Origin: Psammoneis japonica
Taxonomy: Eukaryota
Reading direction: 5' to 3'
DNA: 64,000 bases
NCBI GenBank assembly: GCA_008632985.1
Contig: QPGO01000106.1
Location: 62,001-126,000, forward strand
The notes under the pieces were generated by a model. It did no database searches and had not been told where the DNA came from. It was given only the letters and a program-made list of their open reading frames with translations. Shown here in pieces: positions 25,092-37,699 of the stretch (positions are counted from its first letter, which is position 1; the number at the start of each line of letters is the position of its first letter). A program made the translations under genes and the position numbers.

Positions 25092-27565
25092 ATGACACGC
25101 CCACAGCAGCAGCAACTCAAAAAGAAAAAGAAGAAAATTACCATCAAACCCTTTTCCAAACCACCGCAATTGCCCGATAATTTTATGTCGAAACGAGTCA
25201 AGAGCTGTTGCAAGCCACCACGCGCATCTATGCGGATGATGCTGCTTCCTCCAAGAAATTAGAATCACCCCAGAATTCCTACACGTCCGTGATTGATTTA
25301 GTCAATCATCAATATGGACCACGTCTTTACAGTGATTTGGTACAGGGTATGAAACAAGCGGCTGAGTGTATTATTACTGTTTCGAAACAACAACACAACA
25401 GCCATAATATCCTACCCCACGTTTATGCACAATATCAACAATACGTGGAATACGTCTTGGTGTGTCGTCATGTCTTTATGGATTTGGATCGAACGCACGT
25501 GTGGTTATCGTCTCAACAAGTAGCTGTCAAGCGAACGACGACTAATCAAAATCAAAACTCCCAGCAGAACAAAAGAATACTACGCAATCGCTATGGCAGG
25601 TTGGATTGGAACAATTCAAGAATCGTTACAAGAATTGGAATTGGATGTGCCGTGGAGAAAGAATTTTGGATGACACTCTGGAACGACTATACGTCATCGT
25701 CGTCGTCTCCTCAAGAACAACAGCAACACAATACCACGTCGCATGATGATTTGTTGCTTCTTTCCCAAATTATAGGCATGTGGCAAGAATTACAGTTACT
25801 GGGAGACGTTTTGAATTCCTTGGGCATTCAACTTCAAAACGCCTTATCGCGTGAATGCATGGATTGGAAAAATAACGGACAGTACTACAATGCCCATGCC
25901 TTTATTCAGCACGTCCATTCCAAATGGATGCGCGTCAGTCAGCAATGGACCTTTTTGCCACGCACGTGGCTCCGGACCTTGCTCGAAGTCAAGCTGCTCG
26001 AACCGCACTTGAATTCCGAGTATTTACTCAAACCACAACACTTTGATGTGTTGCCCCAAGAATCTATAGTCACCTTATGGATGTTGGCGGGACGTCTCGA
26101 CAAGGCCAAACTTGTTGCCAAGGCTATTTGTCTCTCGTACAAGAGCAAGGGATTGGCCATGTGTCAAAATAACAACAACAACAATGCCAACAACAACAAC
26201 ATGATTGCTTCGTTATTAAAACTCCACGCTTCTCAAGTGGAATTGGTTTCCAAACTCCACCACTCCACGTCGGATTTGACACTTGCCTTGAAACAAGTTT
26301 GGGACGAAGTCATGAATACCAGTCCGACCGTGGCGGAACAATTGGCCAAATTTGTCGATGTCTCGTTTCGTCATTATGCCAAATCCAGCATGGATCCCAA
26401 CAAAATTTTACAACTCTTTTGTCACTTACAAGCCAAGGATGTCTTTGAAGCCTTTTACAAGCGTGATTTGGCCAAGCGCCTCTTGTCAAGCAAGGTTACC
26501 AGTATGGATGCCGAAAAAAGCATGGTGACTCTATTAAAGGCAGAATGTGGTGCGGGATATACCTCCAAAATGGAAGGCATGTTTCAAGACGTCGAATGGA
26601 GTCGGGAAACCATGAATCGATACAAGGGGACCTTGCAAGATAAAAAGGCACCAAACTCCTCCAATAATATTGATATGGAAGTACAAGTCTTGACGACGGG
26701 ATAGTGAGTACCATATTATTAAGAGGCTTCTGGAGTATTGCAATTGTATTGTTGTTTTGTACCGTGTCACTCACTCATGTTCCATTTTTCCTTTTGCTCT
26801 CTTTCTACAATATTATACACACAGTTGGCCAGTCTATCCGCAGCATCCCAACTTGGTTTTGCCCCCCGAGCTCAAAGAGTTGCAAGAACACTTTCACGAG
26901 TATTACAAGAATACCTATCAGGGCCGTCGCATGACGTGGCAGTATGCCCTGGGCAATGTCGTACTCAAGGCCAATCTCAACAAGAAGCGATACGATCTGG
27001 TGGTGAGTCTCTTGCAAGCTTTGGTGTTGCTTTGTTTAATTCTGCTGAAGAGAAGGAAAAGTGGACTCTACCGGAAATTCAAAAAGCAATTGGAGTCGAA
27101 GACCGTGGTGATGTCGAGCGTTTGCTTCAATCGCTGTGCATGGGCAAGGACGGCACTCGCGTGTTGCGCAAACACGATTACCAGGAACCGGGTACCAACC
27201 CCTCCAAGAAGAAGATTCGTCAAGCCGTCTTTGATCAAGATGGCTTTTCTTTGAATGAAAGCTTTGAATCGCCTTTACGGCGCATCAAGATTAACAATAT
27301 CGTCTTTAAGGAAACCAAACAAGAACGCGAAAAAGTCGTGCAGGCCGTTTCGAGGGATCGTCTCTACTTGATTGACGCCGTCTTGGTACGCATCCTCAAG
27401 GCACGCAAGACACTCTTACACCAAGAACTCATTCCCCAAGTCTTGGAACAAATCAAGGTTCCTGCGCAACCGTCCGACATTAAGAAGCGAATTGAGAGTC
27501 TGATTGAACGCGAGTATATGGAGCGAGACAAGAATGATCGGAATCGATACAATTATTTGGCGTAA
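25092..27565 (+). CDS. Cullin (CUL4-like), intron 26704-26824, apparent frameshifts near 25190, 25600 and 27030
   Basis: KDVFEAFYKRDLAKRLL, LKAECGAGYTSKMEGMFQD, VLTTGYWP across the intron, IDAVLVRILKARK, DIKKRIESLIEREYMERD...YNYLA. Confidence 0.92.
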
Positions 27566-28284
27566 AAAGGATTGGGGGGAATGTAGTTTGGAGCCATCGA
27601 GTGTGTGCGTGTGTCTTGATTTGCGGCGCAACAATGTTGAATCTTTACTCGGTCGATAGTTAGGTTAGAATGTATTTAGTCGTAATTTATTTTAGGAAGA
27701 ATCGTTTTTTGTTGATGGATCAACTCTTACTGTTATCTTTTATCAATCCACGCATTCACGTTTTGTTTTAAACTGAAACCCGCAAGCATAGGAGACTGTG
27801 ATGAGCTTAGCCGAGATGATGAAGTTCAAGACGAGAGGCGGCACTACGAGAGCATTGTACGCCGCAGCACTACAGCTTGTCAGAAATTCTAGCTAGCTAG
27901 CTAGAGCTCTACCGGTAAGCGGCATCGAACGACCAATCAAACACAATCCATCATCAAAGTATTGCTCAAAACCAAAGAATCACTTCAATCCAGTGAGCAT
28001 TATTTCATTGAAGTCTGGACATTCTCTAGAGAGAGTTATGTATGCTTCTAATCTAGCGAGCATTCTGATCACATGAGCAAAAGAGTCAAAGTCCCCATGC
28101 ACTCCGGAGGCGAAATTCGGAGCCTCCTGATGGAGTCCTGAGTAGACTAGTTTGAAGCGTCGAACTCAACAAATATAATGTTACGGGCGTTTCCCTTAGT
28201 TGTTCCCGAAAAGAGCAAGTTCGTCATTCATTTGCCAACGAGATGGTGGTGAAACAGCGATTTGGGATAATCCGATGGAAACGC

Positions 28285-29670
28285 TTAATTTTCATTGTTC
28301 CCCTCAAAATTGAAGGAAAGAGTTGGAGCTGGCTCAGCCCCATCCCGAACTACATGCCAACCGGTTTTCCGGGGGACCCCACAAACAGCTTCATTGAAGA
28401 ATGGTGAAGCTCGGTAGAAGTCAGTTTCATCATAACCAACTTCAGAATCGACAATCGTAATACACCAGTCAAAATGTCCTTCAAACCCCTGGTGAAACCG
28501 GGCAAGTGCAAATTTTGTTCGATAATGATTCCATTCGCCGCACATACAGTACACAGGATCATCCTCATCGAAGTGATCATCACGCGTATAAACACCATTG
28601 ACAGAAGAAATTCCAGCTCCTGCAACGGTGATGCTGGTCGGCAGAGTTGGTTTCATAACTCCGAAGGCCTCATTCTCTTCGAGGGCCTCTTGGAGTGACA
28701 CGTTCAGGACTTCTGAGAGGAGAGGCGGGCTCAAATTTTTGAGAGATTCTTGTGCGGCTGAATCTCCCTTCAAACATTTCCATTCCAAAGCCAAGGACTT
28801 CACGCAGCATTCGTGCAGTCGGGTTGATGGCACTGTCCCATCACTCGCCGCCGGTAGGACGGCTTTTTCGACCTCGAGTAACTTCAGGGAAGCATCAAAC
28901 TGCAGCCGCAAGCAACTGTCGACGGATTCAACTAGTTTTGAGAACGTTTCAATGTCCAGTTGATTCTTGTGTCTCATGCAGAACTCGGCAATCAACGTGT
29001 AATAGCGTTGATGAACCCCGGAACTGCTCTTCTTCATATGGGATTGAACGTCGAGCCAGAACTGCACGTCCGAACCTTCCATCAAAGGAGAGTCTATGGC
29101 AATGTGTTCAACATAACCACAGCATTTCTTCACAACCATTTCTCGCAGTTCCTTGATGCGAAAGGTTGCTGCGTGCTCCAAGCATGTCACCAACTCCTCA
29201 TCGGTGACATCATAGATCCGCTCCCAGAACTTGAGCACTTTCGAGCGGAGACTGTCTACTTCAAGATAGTCTGCCAGATGATAGAGTGCAGCGGAGTTCC
29301 CGGGCATCAACTCAGGTTCATCTAAATCGTAGATGTGATCCAGGAGCAGGGGAAAGGCCTTGGCTGCCAAAGGATGAAATTGAATCTTAGACTTGTTGCT
29401 CAGCGCTTCCGCAGTGGCGCTCGCAAAGAGCCCGTCAAAATACCCGCTGCTCTTCTCCCCAAACTCTAAAATGATCTTATGGACGTGGCACGTGTCACTC
29501 ATCGTTTCCTCTCCATTCGCGTTCTCGCAAACAACCTCAATGGAGAAATCACTGCGGCTCTCCTCCGGATCAAGTCGCCAGTTCAGCGCACGCCGGACGC
29601 GTTTGTTGTTGGCCTTGCTGCCAGCGGCCTCATCATCACCGCCATTCTTCTTGTTGCTTTCTCCTCTCAT
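28285..29670 (-). CDS. BTB/POZ domain protein with a C-terminal ITVAGAG..VNGVY domain
   Basis: SDFSIEV..HVHKIIL..SGYFDGLF..AFPLLLDHIY..LYHLADYLEV is a BTB core. Intact ORF. Confidence 0.88.
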   Translation of the reverse strand: MRGESNKKNGGDDEAAGSKANNKRVRRALNWRLDPEESRSDFSIEVVCENANGEETMSDTCHVHKIILEFGEKSSGYFDGLFASATAEALSNKSKIQFHPLAAKAFPLLLDHIYDLDEPELMPGNSAALYHLADYLEVDSLRSKVLKFWERIYDVTDEELVTCLEHAATFRIKELREMVVKKCCGYVEHIAIDSPLMEGSDVQFWLDVQSHMKKSSSGVHQRYYTLIAEFCMRHKNQLDIETFSKLVESVDSCLRLQFDASLKLLEVEKAVLPAASDGTVPSTRLHECCVKSLALEWKCLKGDSAAQESLKNLSPPLLSEVLNVSLQEALEENEAFGVMKPTLPTSITVAGAGISSVNGVYTRDDHFDEDDPVYCMCGEWNHYRTKFALARFHQGFEGHFDWCITIVDSEVGYDETDFYRASPFFNEAVCGVPRKTGWHVVRDGAEPAPTLSFNFEGNNEN

Positions 29671-29699
29671 TGATGGTGCACTGCGTACACCGCACCCTT

Positions 29700-31650
29700 G
29701 TGTAGATCGTCGGCTGGACTCTCTCTTCAAACAAGCCTTGTTGGCTTTATTTGTTGACAAGGCATGCACAACGGTCAATGGCACACAACATTAGGGCCCT
29801 GCATCATGCATCATGCTGTAAGACACCCAAGACACAAGCATCAGTGATCAGTCCCGCCTGCTTCAAACACTCGGGACTCAACCAGGGTTTCGCTTGGCGC
29901 CGCACACAACTGGTGTTTGCGCTTGTTTGACATGCAGGTGGTGCACTTTGTTCATCACCACATGCCGCCAACATTTGACTGAGTGGCACCACCACCAAAG
30001 CAATGATGGTGCATGATGAACAAAGCACAAGAGCTGGTGCACAAAAGCCACCAACCACCTTGCATCTCATTGGACAAGTGCCAAATCATTCTGTCCTCTC
30101 TGAGGCAGGTGCGCTTCAAAAAAAAATGCAGCACATGTTTCTCTCTAAAGCAACAAATCATGTGTTCTCTGTGCGATGCTATGAGAGATGGAGTTGGTTG
30201 CTTCACACTGCGTGCCATGGCATTTGCCGTTGCCAACCTCCTGTCAACATCACTGCTTGTGTGATTTTTTTGGGTGCTTGTTGGTTTGACCCACAATCTG
30301 CTTGACCAAGGCAGCTCAAGAACCTGAGTGCTCCCTTTTTTGTGCAGCAGGTGCAAGCACAAGCTGGTGAGCTGACAGCTCTGTCACACCAAAAAAAAAA
30401 GAGCTCTGCTGTCTTGCAGCAGCATGTGTTGTTCTCTCTTTCTGCAAGGCAAGATCCAGCGCAAGCAAATTGGGGAGCCAGACATTTGTGCACCTGTCTA
30501 AGTCAAGAGTGCTGGCACAAATGCAGCACAAAATCATGTGTCCCACAATGAGCAAAACATGTGTTTGTGGAGCAAAAGCACACTGCCAGACAGATGTTCA
30601 CAAGGGTCGTGACATCAGCCTCACGGCTGCATCTCAAATCAGCTTGGCTCATTCACAGATGAAAACAACTCTCACCATCAAAAGACAGTGCAAGTGCATG
30701 GTCAATTGTTGACATCATCATTGGCACAATTTTTAGGGTGCTTGCTTTTGTGACAAAGGAAACCCAATTGCTTCAAAATCAGGCAGAAGCAAAGGCAGGA
30801 AATTGCCAGCCATTGTCATCCACTGGGGGGCGGCAACACACTGGTCAAGAACCTCCACACATGAGCAACAAAGATGACCATGACAAAGAAATTGAGCAAG
30901 GCAATGAAACAAAAGCTCAGCACAGCTCGATTGTGACAGAGAGGAGTGGGGGCAGCAAGTGTGAGCATCAAATTATGCTGCATGACAGCGAAGGCTGGTT
31001 GAAGGCATTTGCACTCAACAGGGGTGGCACCTGCTGGCACAAACTTGCATTCCAGCCCTGGATGGGGCTGTGTGTGACATGTTGGCAGGCCTGCCAAGGA
31101 ATTCTGCATGTGAGCTCCACAGCAAAATTTTGGCCAATGAAAAGATTGTGTGTTCCAGCTCCAGGCAGGACCTTGTTGCACTGATGTGGACATTTGTGAT
31201 GATTTGTTGTTGCCCATCCCCTCAAATCATTGGCCCCATGACAACCACAAGGTTTTGTTTCTTTTGCAACCACTGCAACAACACGAGCTCTCTTGACCCT
31301 AAACTGACCTGAAAGGGCATCAACAATGCACCACAGATTTGTTGTGCATTTCCTTGTGTGTCTTCCAGCACTCAGATTCACAACTTTGGCCACAGCAGCC
31401 CAGTTGCAAGAACAATGACCATTGGCCCAACCCATCTTACCCCCCATTTTTGTCATGGCATGGTCAAACCCAGAAAGACTCTTGCGACCACAGTGTTGCA
31501 AATCGTGTGATTGTCAAAACCTCTTCTTGCCAATGGCGAGGCGCGCGGCTGAAAACACAAGCGCTGCCAGCTGGAGAGATTCATTCAATGTTTCATGTCA
31601 AGGTCGAATGGAAAAAAGACGTTGCCAACAAACGAGCGAACGAGTTGAGA
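29700..31650. other. TpA-depleted block of unidentified origin
   Basis: Composition only. Confidence 0.6.
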
Positions 31651-31721
31651 TCTTCTTGCTCTAACTAACTTGGTGGCTCCGAGCGTCATCCAGTGCGACT
31701 CCGGAACAAAGACAGGAACAG

Positions 31722-33065
31722 TTAATGGACACTAGAGTCATTGCAAAAGAATTCAGCTACACCCGCTTTTGAATTCGCGACAGGGATGCCAATGTGCTCT
31801 CCCTTCTTGCCCAGCTTACAGTCTTTCTTGTGCTTGCTCCAGTAAGACTTTACATGGTCCTGGCAACAAAATGCGACCTGGCGACACCCCGCACAAAACT
31901 TGAGGTTCTCATTAGACCCGCACACTGGGCATGAGCAATGACGCTTGTGCTGCTGCCAATGAACGCATTGATGTCGCGGTGAGCAACATGCCACCTTTCC
32001 ACAGGAACAGAGCCTCAGATTTTTGTCCGAGAAACAAACAGGACATGTTGTGCCTCTGCTTGTTGCTTTCCTCTGGATTGACGCTACTCTAGAAACAATG
32101 GACCAAATCTCATCATCCGCAATCTCGTTTTGCAATTTTGTGATTGTGAGTGGCAAGGCATTTTGCCATGACGCAACTTGTTCCATCGCTTCCATACCTT
32201 TTGCCTCAAACAGTTCAGTCTGCTGCTGTAAGATGATGCTTCGTCAAGGAGAGTGGTAGCTGCTGCGGTTTTAGGGCTTGGCATCTCCACAAAAAACGTG
32301 GTCCCTTCTGAGCTTTTTATGCCAGCAAGTTCCAGCTCTGTACACCTTCTGAAGGACTCGACAGCCATGTCTTTCTCTTCCAACAGGCTAGCTGAATTGT
32401 ATCTCTGTATGTGATAACGGCATTCTCTCAGGCGGAACCTCTTCTTTTGCTCTTGATCAATCTTGAAAAGAGGATTCTGAAAGACCAAGACTCGGTAGCA
32501 CTCCATCACATCGGAAAGTAGGTTCGATACTGCCAAGCACTTTTCGCTTTTTCTTTTTAGAAAGTAGTGTTCAGCGAGTGAAGTGAGAGCAATCACTGCT
32601 CTCTCCACATTGGACGGGTTCTTATCGGCCTCGAGTGGATGAAAAATTTCCTCAAACCAAAAGTCACGATGCTCTTCGATATCACAACGAAGACGACGAC
32701 ATGCATCTATCTTTCTTTTGTATTGTGGTGGATATATCCCAGTAGTAGATCCTCCGGCTCCATAGGCCTCGTTCAAGTAGGGCAAGTCTATCTGTCCTTA
32801 GCCCTAGTTCCTCCCAATCTGCGGGTGTCATGTTCTCCCAATCGTACTCAAATGTGCGACGCACTCTTGTTCTTTTTGCTACATTACTGCCGGCACCTGC
32901 TGCTAAAGATTCTTTACATGGAGAAAAAGGGCTGGTTGGAGCAACAACATTAGTGCCGCTCTTCTTTGGTGCTGGCTTGGACGGCTGGGTATTATCATTT
33001 TTCTCCTCTCCGGAAGAGTCGTCGTAATCGAGCTTATTTGACTTTGAACAGTCAATTCCACTCAT
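31722..33065 (-). CDS. Protein with two C-terminal MYND zinc fingers; frameshifts near 32770 and 32200 (gene or young pseudogene)
   Basis: CPVC..LRLCSCGKVACCS..HQ..HW..HKRHC and CPVC..KFCAGCRQVAFCCQDH...W..HKKDC. Three overlapping ORFs. Confidence 0.75.
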
Positions 33066-33999
33066 TTCTTTTAACGCTTGTAGCAGTTAGGAAACTCAAT
33101 GCTTGGAGGACAGAGAACAAGCAATGACAAAGCACAGCGAGAGTCAATGAACACTCTGTGTGGAGCTTGTGGAATGGACGCAACATGGGGCAAGGACGAA
33201 GGACGGAACGGTGCGCTGCGACAATGAGTGCGTGCGTGCGGCGAAGTCTGGGAGCACAGTGAACTGAAGACGGTTGACTCTCAGCACACTCACAAGCGAC
33301 TGACAACTCGACTGCTCATGTTGAATGTGTTGGCTGACTCACACTGCATGTCTTAAAGGAGCTCTTGACCGTGCAGCAATGTGCAATTTTGGAATTGTTC
33401 ACAAAGTGTGGACACAACAGGAGCGCCAAGTGACCGCGGCTGATCTTGTTTTGCCAGCAGTCTTTTGTTGGTGTGGCAGTTTTTGTTCACTCCTTGCTGG
33501 AGCAAGGAGTGGCTCAGCTGCCAGAGCTGGTTGCTCAAGCACACTGGGAGAGCTGAGCAGCTTGCCATTGGTGACCAACCTTTTGCCGTGGTCCACACAC
33601 ATTGGTTGCGTGGAATCAGCTGCAGCTCCTGGGTGTGGGGGCAGTTTCCTTCAAGATGTCAGCACCCCTCTCCTCATGCACTTTGAGCCCAAGTGGCTGT
33701 TTGCTCCATGGCCTGCTCCTTTCTTCACAGGGTCAAAGGCCAGGCACTTTTGTTGGACAACTTGGGGTCTTCTTGCTTTTTCAATGAGATGAGATGACTG
33801 CTGGCAAATTGTCGATGCCATGTGTCAGATCATCCGTGTGCATCTGTGCTCCTTTTGGATTTGACATGTGTTCCCAGTGCAAGGCAGTTGAGTGACCTTG
33901 GTTTGATTGCAGAGACAGCCCCTCACCTTCTCTGATGATGCCCTTCCCATCAATGTTGGTCAGCCTGGTGGGAGCTTGGTGACAGAAATTGAAGATGAC

Positions 34000-36154
34000 T
34001 GGGTGAAGAAAACAATCACTCCTCACTGCTGTCTAAACAGCAGATGAGTCTCCATGCAGAGACTGTCACAGGAGCCAAAAGACTGTTGTTGTTGACATCG
34101 GCACTGCTGTTGTTGTTCTTGTGAGCCGGTGGCTTGAAAGCAAACTGCATCGCACGTCGTGCACGGAACTGAGAGCACACACAATTGTGTGTGACAAACT
34201 AAAATCTTGTTCAAATCCTGTCACTCCCCAGTTTGCTTGAGGGGTCAACAGCAACAGATTCAAGGTCAGATTGGTTGAAAGCCTTGGGATTGAAGTTCCA
34301 AAACATCAGAGGACAAAGAAGTTCCAGACTTGGGAGTGATCCCAATGCTTGCTGAGGATGTCAGCTGGGTTGCGGGAGCAATCGATGAAATGAAACTCAA
34401 GGAAACCGGAGGCAACCGCCTCACGCACATGATGGAATGAGAGGGCAGCATGTTGCTTGTGTAACTTGGAGTGTGGGATGGCAGCACTGTCCACAACTGA
34501 CTTGTTGTTCCCGACTGTGCAACATGTTTCATGCCTGGGGACGCCAAGGCAATGCAAAGTGATGCGCAGATCAATGATCTGCTCAATGCATGCCCTTGCA
34601 GCAACAAACTTGGATCCATGCGTGGCAGTCTCAGCTGTTGCTTGTTTCTTGGAGAACCAATCAGCCAGGAACTTGTTGAGGAAATGGTGGATGCCAGTGA
34701 CAGAGCGTCCAGTGAGCATGCAATGGAACAAGTTCTTGTCAACGCAGTGTGTCAGACGTGTTCCAGCTGCACGTGAACCAAATCGTGCACAAAAATGACA
34801 TTTGCACGATTTTTGCATGGTCCCCAACTTGCGATTGATCTTTCACCACCAAAAGCATGGATTTGTGCAAACACAAATGTTTTGCAACACCAACAAGACT
34901 CGTGTGAGTGTTGCAATGTCATTGTCATTGTGCACCATCTGTGTTTTTCATTGCGTTAAAAGATTCGTAACACAACGGATGATTTTCAGCAAAAATGTTG
35001 CCGTCATTTGGATGTCACTCAAATGTGTCTTTCTGCAATGCCACTTGGCAGGTTTTCCACCCACAAAGAAATTTCAGCACAAATCTGCTGATGCACAATC
35101 AGCGCCAAGTCCACTGAGGAAGTTTGTGATGTGTGTCCCATGAGGACTTGAGTGCCCCTCAAAAAGCTGTCCAAATGTTCACACTCTAGAGAAGCCCACA
35201 AAAGTCAATCCATCCAAGTGTTTTTTGTGAAAATGCCACACACACTAAAAGACACATAAATTGCACTCAAAATTGATTGTCGTTTTGTGCGTCACCTGGG
35301 GCTGGAGCACGTCGTCATGGTGATGAACTTGCCAAGTGGCTTGGGCACATCTTGTGGGAGCAGCTCTTCTGCCTCCCCACACACAGATTGGGCCCAGTCA
35401 CAAATGGGCTTGGGAAGGTCCGAACAGCTGGGCTTCTCCGTGTGCACTTGGAGGGTGCCATGATGCATCTTGGAGAGGAATCCGCAGATTCATTTGGCAC
35501 GGTCTAGGTGGCCTCACTTGGCGGGGTGCTGTGTGGAAGCCAGACTGGGACATGACAGCCGCAGCAATGTCAATGCAACCAAAAGATGCAGCCCATTGCA
35601 GGGAACCAATCAAGGATTGAAATTGGTGGATGCCCTCTGGTTTGAGCAATTCGGAGGTGTCGAGCTCAGGGTCGTCTCCCTTGTCAAGGGGTGAAAGCAC
35701 ATCAGTGTGCGGGGCTTCTCCCCAAAGAGGCATGCGCAGTTGTCAGCCATGCGCTCAATGCACTTTTGCAAGGAGCAAGGCACAGGGTGCCATCTGGATC
35801 ATGGGTGAAGTTGCAACCAAGATCAAATTCCAATGGTCCAGCGCCCTTGAGCTTGAACTTGCATTTCTCCATGAGAGTGTCTGCAAAAGCCTGGGGGTCC
35901 TTCACTGCACAGGAATGGTGACCACCATTGGGTGGAAGAAAACAATGACTCCTTGCTGCTGTCTGAGTGGCAGATGAGTCTCCGTGCAGAGACCATCACA
36001 GGAGCTGAAAGACTGGTGTCATTGATGTCGGTGCTGCTGTTGTTTTGTTCTTGTGAGCCGGTGGCTTGAAAGCAAGCTGCATCACACATTGTGCATGGAA
36101 CTGAGAGCACACAAAATTGTGTGTGACAAACTAAAATCTTGTTCAAATCCTGTC
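34000..36154 (-). mobile_element. Internally deleted, hypermutated Ty1/Copia (diatom CoDi-like) element
   Basis: RT remnants (FKLKGAGPLEFDLGCNF, PLDKGDDPELDTSE..QSLIGSLQW) and RNase H (TGRSVTG..DWFSKKQATAETATHGSKFVAAR..NPADILSKHW). ~220-bp LTR-like direct repeats at ~34000-34224 and ~35930-36154. Confidence 0.88.
34755..35313. mobile_element. MITE related to family A (same TIR, different interior), eroded, nested in the copia
   Basis: GACGTGTTCCAG...CTGGAGCACGTC flanked by a GTCA direct repeat. Removal restores the copia frame KFITMTHCVDKNL. Confidence 0.82.
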
Positions 36155-36633
36155 ACTTGGGAAAGCCTGGTGGAAACTTTGGAGGAACACAACACCAACA
36201 TGTGCAAGGGGCGCAATGTAGAGACACAAGAAAGTCAGCTCAAAGTGCCAACAAGAAGAAGTGGAGAGCTCATGACTGCTGCACACAACAAACATCAGGG
36301 CCGCTTTTGGCAAAGGACAGGCACTTGCTTGTGCACTCATTTGAGAAATGCCAGCCCTGCTCTGTTGCAAGGAGGCAGAGGCTGGCATCAATTGCAGGTG
36401 CTGGTGGCCAGAATTGTGTGGGCTGGCCCACACCAACCCAGAAGCTGGAGGGCAGTTGTGCAGATCAACACTTTGAAATCAGATTTGTGTTTTTTTTTTG
36501 CCCCAGTTGACAATGTGGCTGTGTGAAAACCTTTTTCACTCACATTTGGCAAGGAAGCGCATGACCTTTTCCACCAACTCAGAAAGATGGCAGGCCACGC
36601 AGCTCTTTTGAGTGCAACACTGTGGTGACAGCA

Positions 36634-36930
36634 TTTTTGACTGATTTGAAAAGGTTCTGACAATGTTTTTGATTCACTTGAAGAGGCTCTGACAATGTTT
36701 TTGACTTGTTTGAAAAAGTTGTGACAACCCTTTTGACTCATTTGAAAAAGTTATGACAACTTTTTGACTTGTTTGAAAAAGTTGTGACAACCTTTTTGAC
36801 TCATTTGAAAACTTTGTGGCAACCTTTTTGACTCGTTTGAAAAAGTTGTGACAACCTTTTTTGCTCATTTGAAAAAGTTGTGGCAACCTTTTTGACTCAC
36901 TTCAAAAGGTTGCAACAACCTTTTTGGTTC
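36634..36930. repeat. Tandem minisatellite, ~32-33-bp unit TTTGAAAAAGTTGTGACAACCTTTTTGACTC
   Basis: About 8-9 head-to-tail degenerate units, each with an internal dyad AAAAAGTTG/CAACCTTTTT. Confidence 0.9.
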
Positions 36931-36939
36931 TCAACCTTT

Positions 36940-37500
36940 TTGAGTGTGTGTTTTGATGGCTGGGGAGCTGCCTGGTGGTGCGCGCACATGAGGAGCTCAT
37001 GTGCAATGTCACCCAGTGGCACAGGGGGAAGGGCAGACATGGAGCAATGGCAGAACTGAGTCATGCAGGTGGGAAAGGCGATGGATTTTGAGTTGGGGCC
37101 AGAGAGCTGGGGTTGGAGTTCAGTGGAGTGGCGAGTCAATTTGCCAGCGATTGATTTGGTGATTGCCAGGCTGAGGCTTTGAAGGCCCCATTGTGATGGA
37201 GTGGAGGTGTGGTGGGACAAGCCGAATCGTTTGGCTGTGATGTTTTGCCAAGCGGTGGCGGCAGTGGGGAGGATGGCCGATGGTGATGATTGGGCGCAGG
37301 TGTGTGCGGCATGGGCGGCGGGGTGTTGGAAGGAGGTTTCAGTGGTCCAGGGTGGTGGTGGTGGGGCAGGGATCGGGTGCTCTTGGTTGGCGCCGAAAAG
37401 AAGGCGGTGAGCGAAGTAGCCAGGGGTGCCTAGATGGTCAATGGTGAATGGAATGAGGTAGATGCCCGGCGTCGTTGAGGGCAGATGTAAGAGTGGCTTC
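36940..37500 (-). mobile_element. Possible 3' fragment of a non-LTR retrotransposon ORF
   Basis: LIPFTIDHLG..G.FAHRLLFG...WGLQSLSLAI resembles the end of restriction-like-endonuclease non-LTR ORFs. Recognition is from memory only. Confidence 0.35.
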
Positions 37501-37699
37501 GTGTTGGGTTTCGCGTGTACCGTTGAACTTCCGTTTGGTCCTGCGTGCTGTTTTTGCTTGTTTGATCGTGCTGAAGCAACCCCACGTAGAAAGAGTACCA
37601 TCGCCTACGAAAAAGATCTGTCTCAACGCACTATCATCGCTTCGTCGCAGATTCGATGCAACTCGCATCCTTCTTATTACAGTCTTATTCTCTTTGGTC

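Noticed and set aside
36634..36930. CRISPR-like array of ~33-bp palindromic repeats
   Set aside because: Units are contiguous with no unique spacers, there are no cas genes, and the context is eukaryotic.
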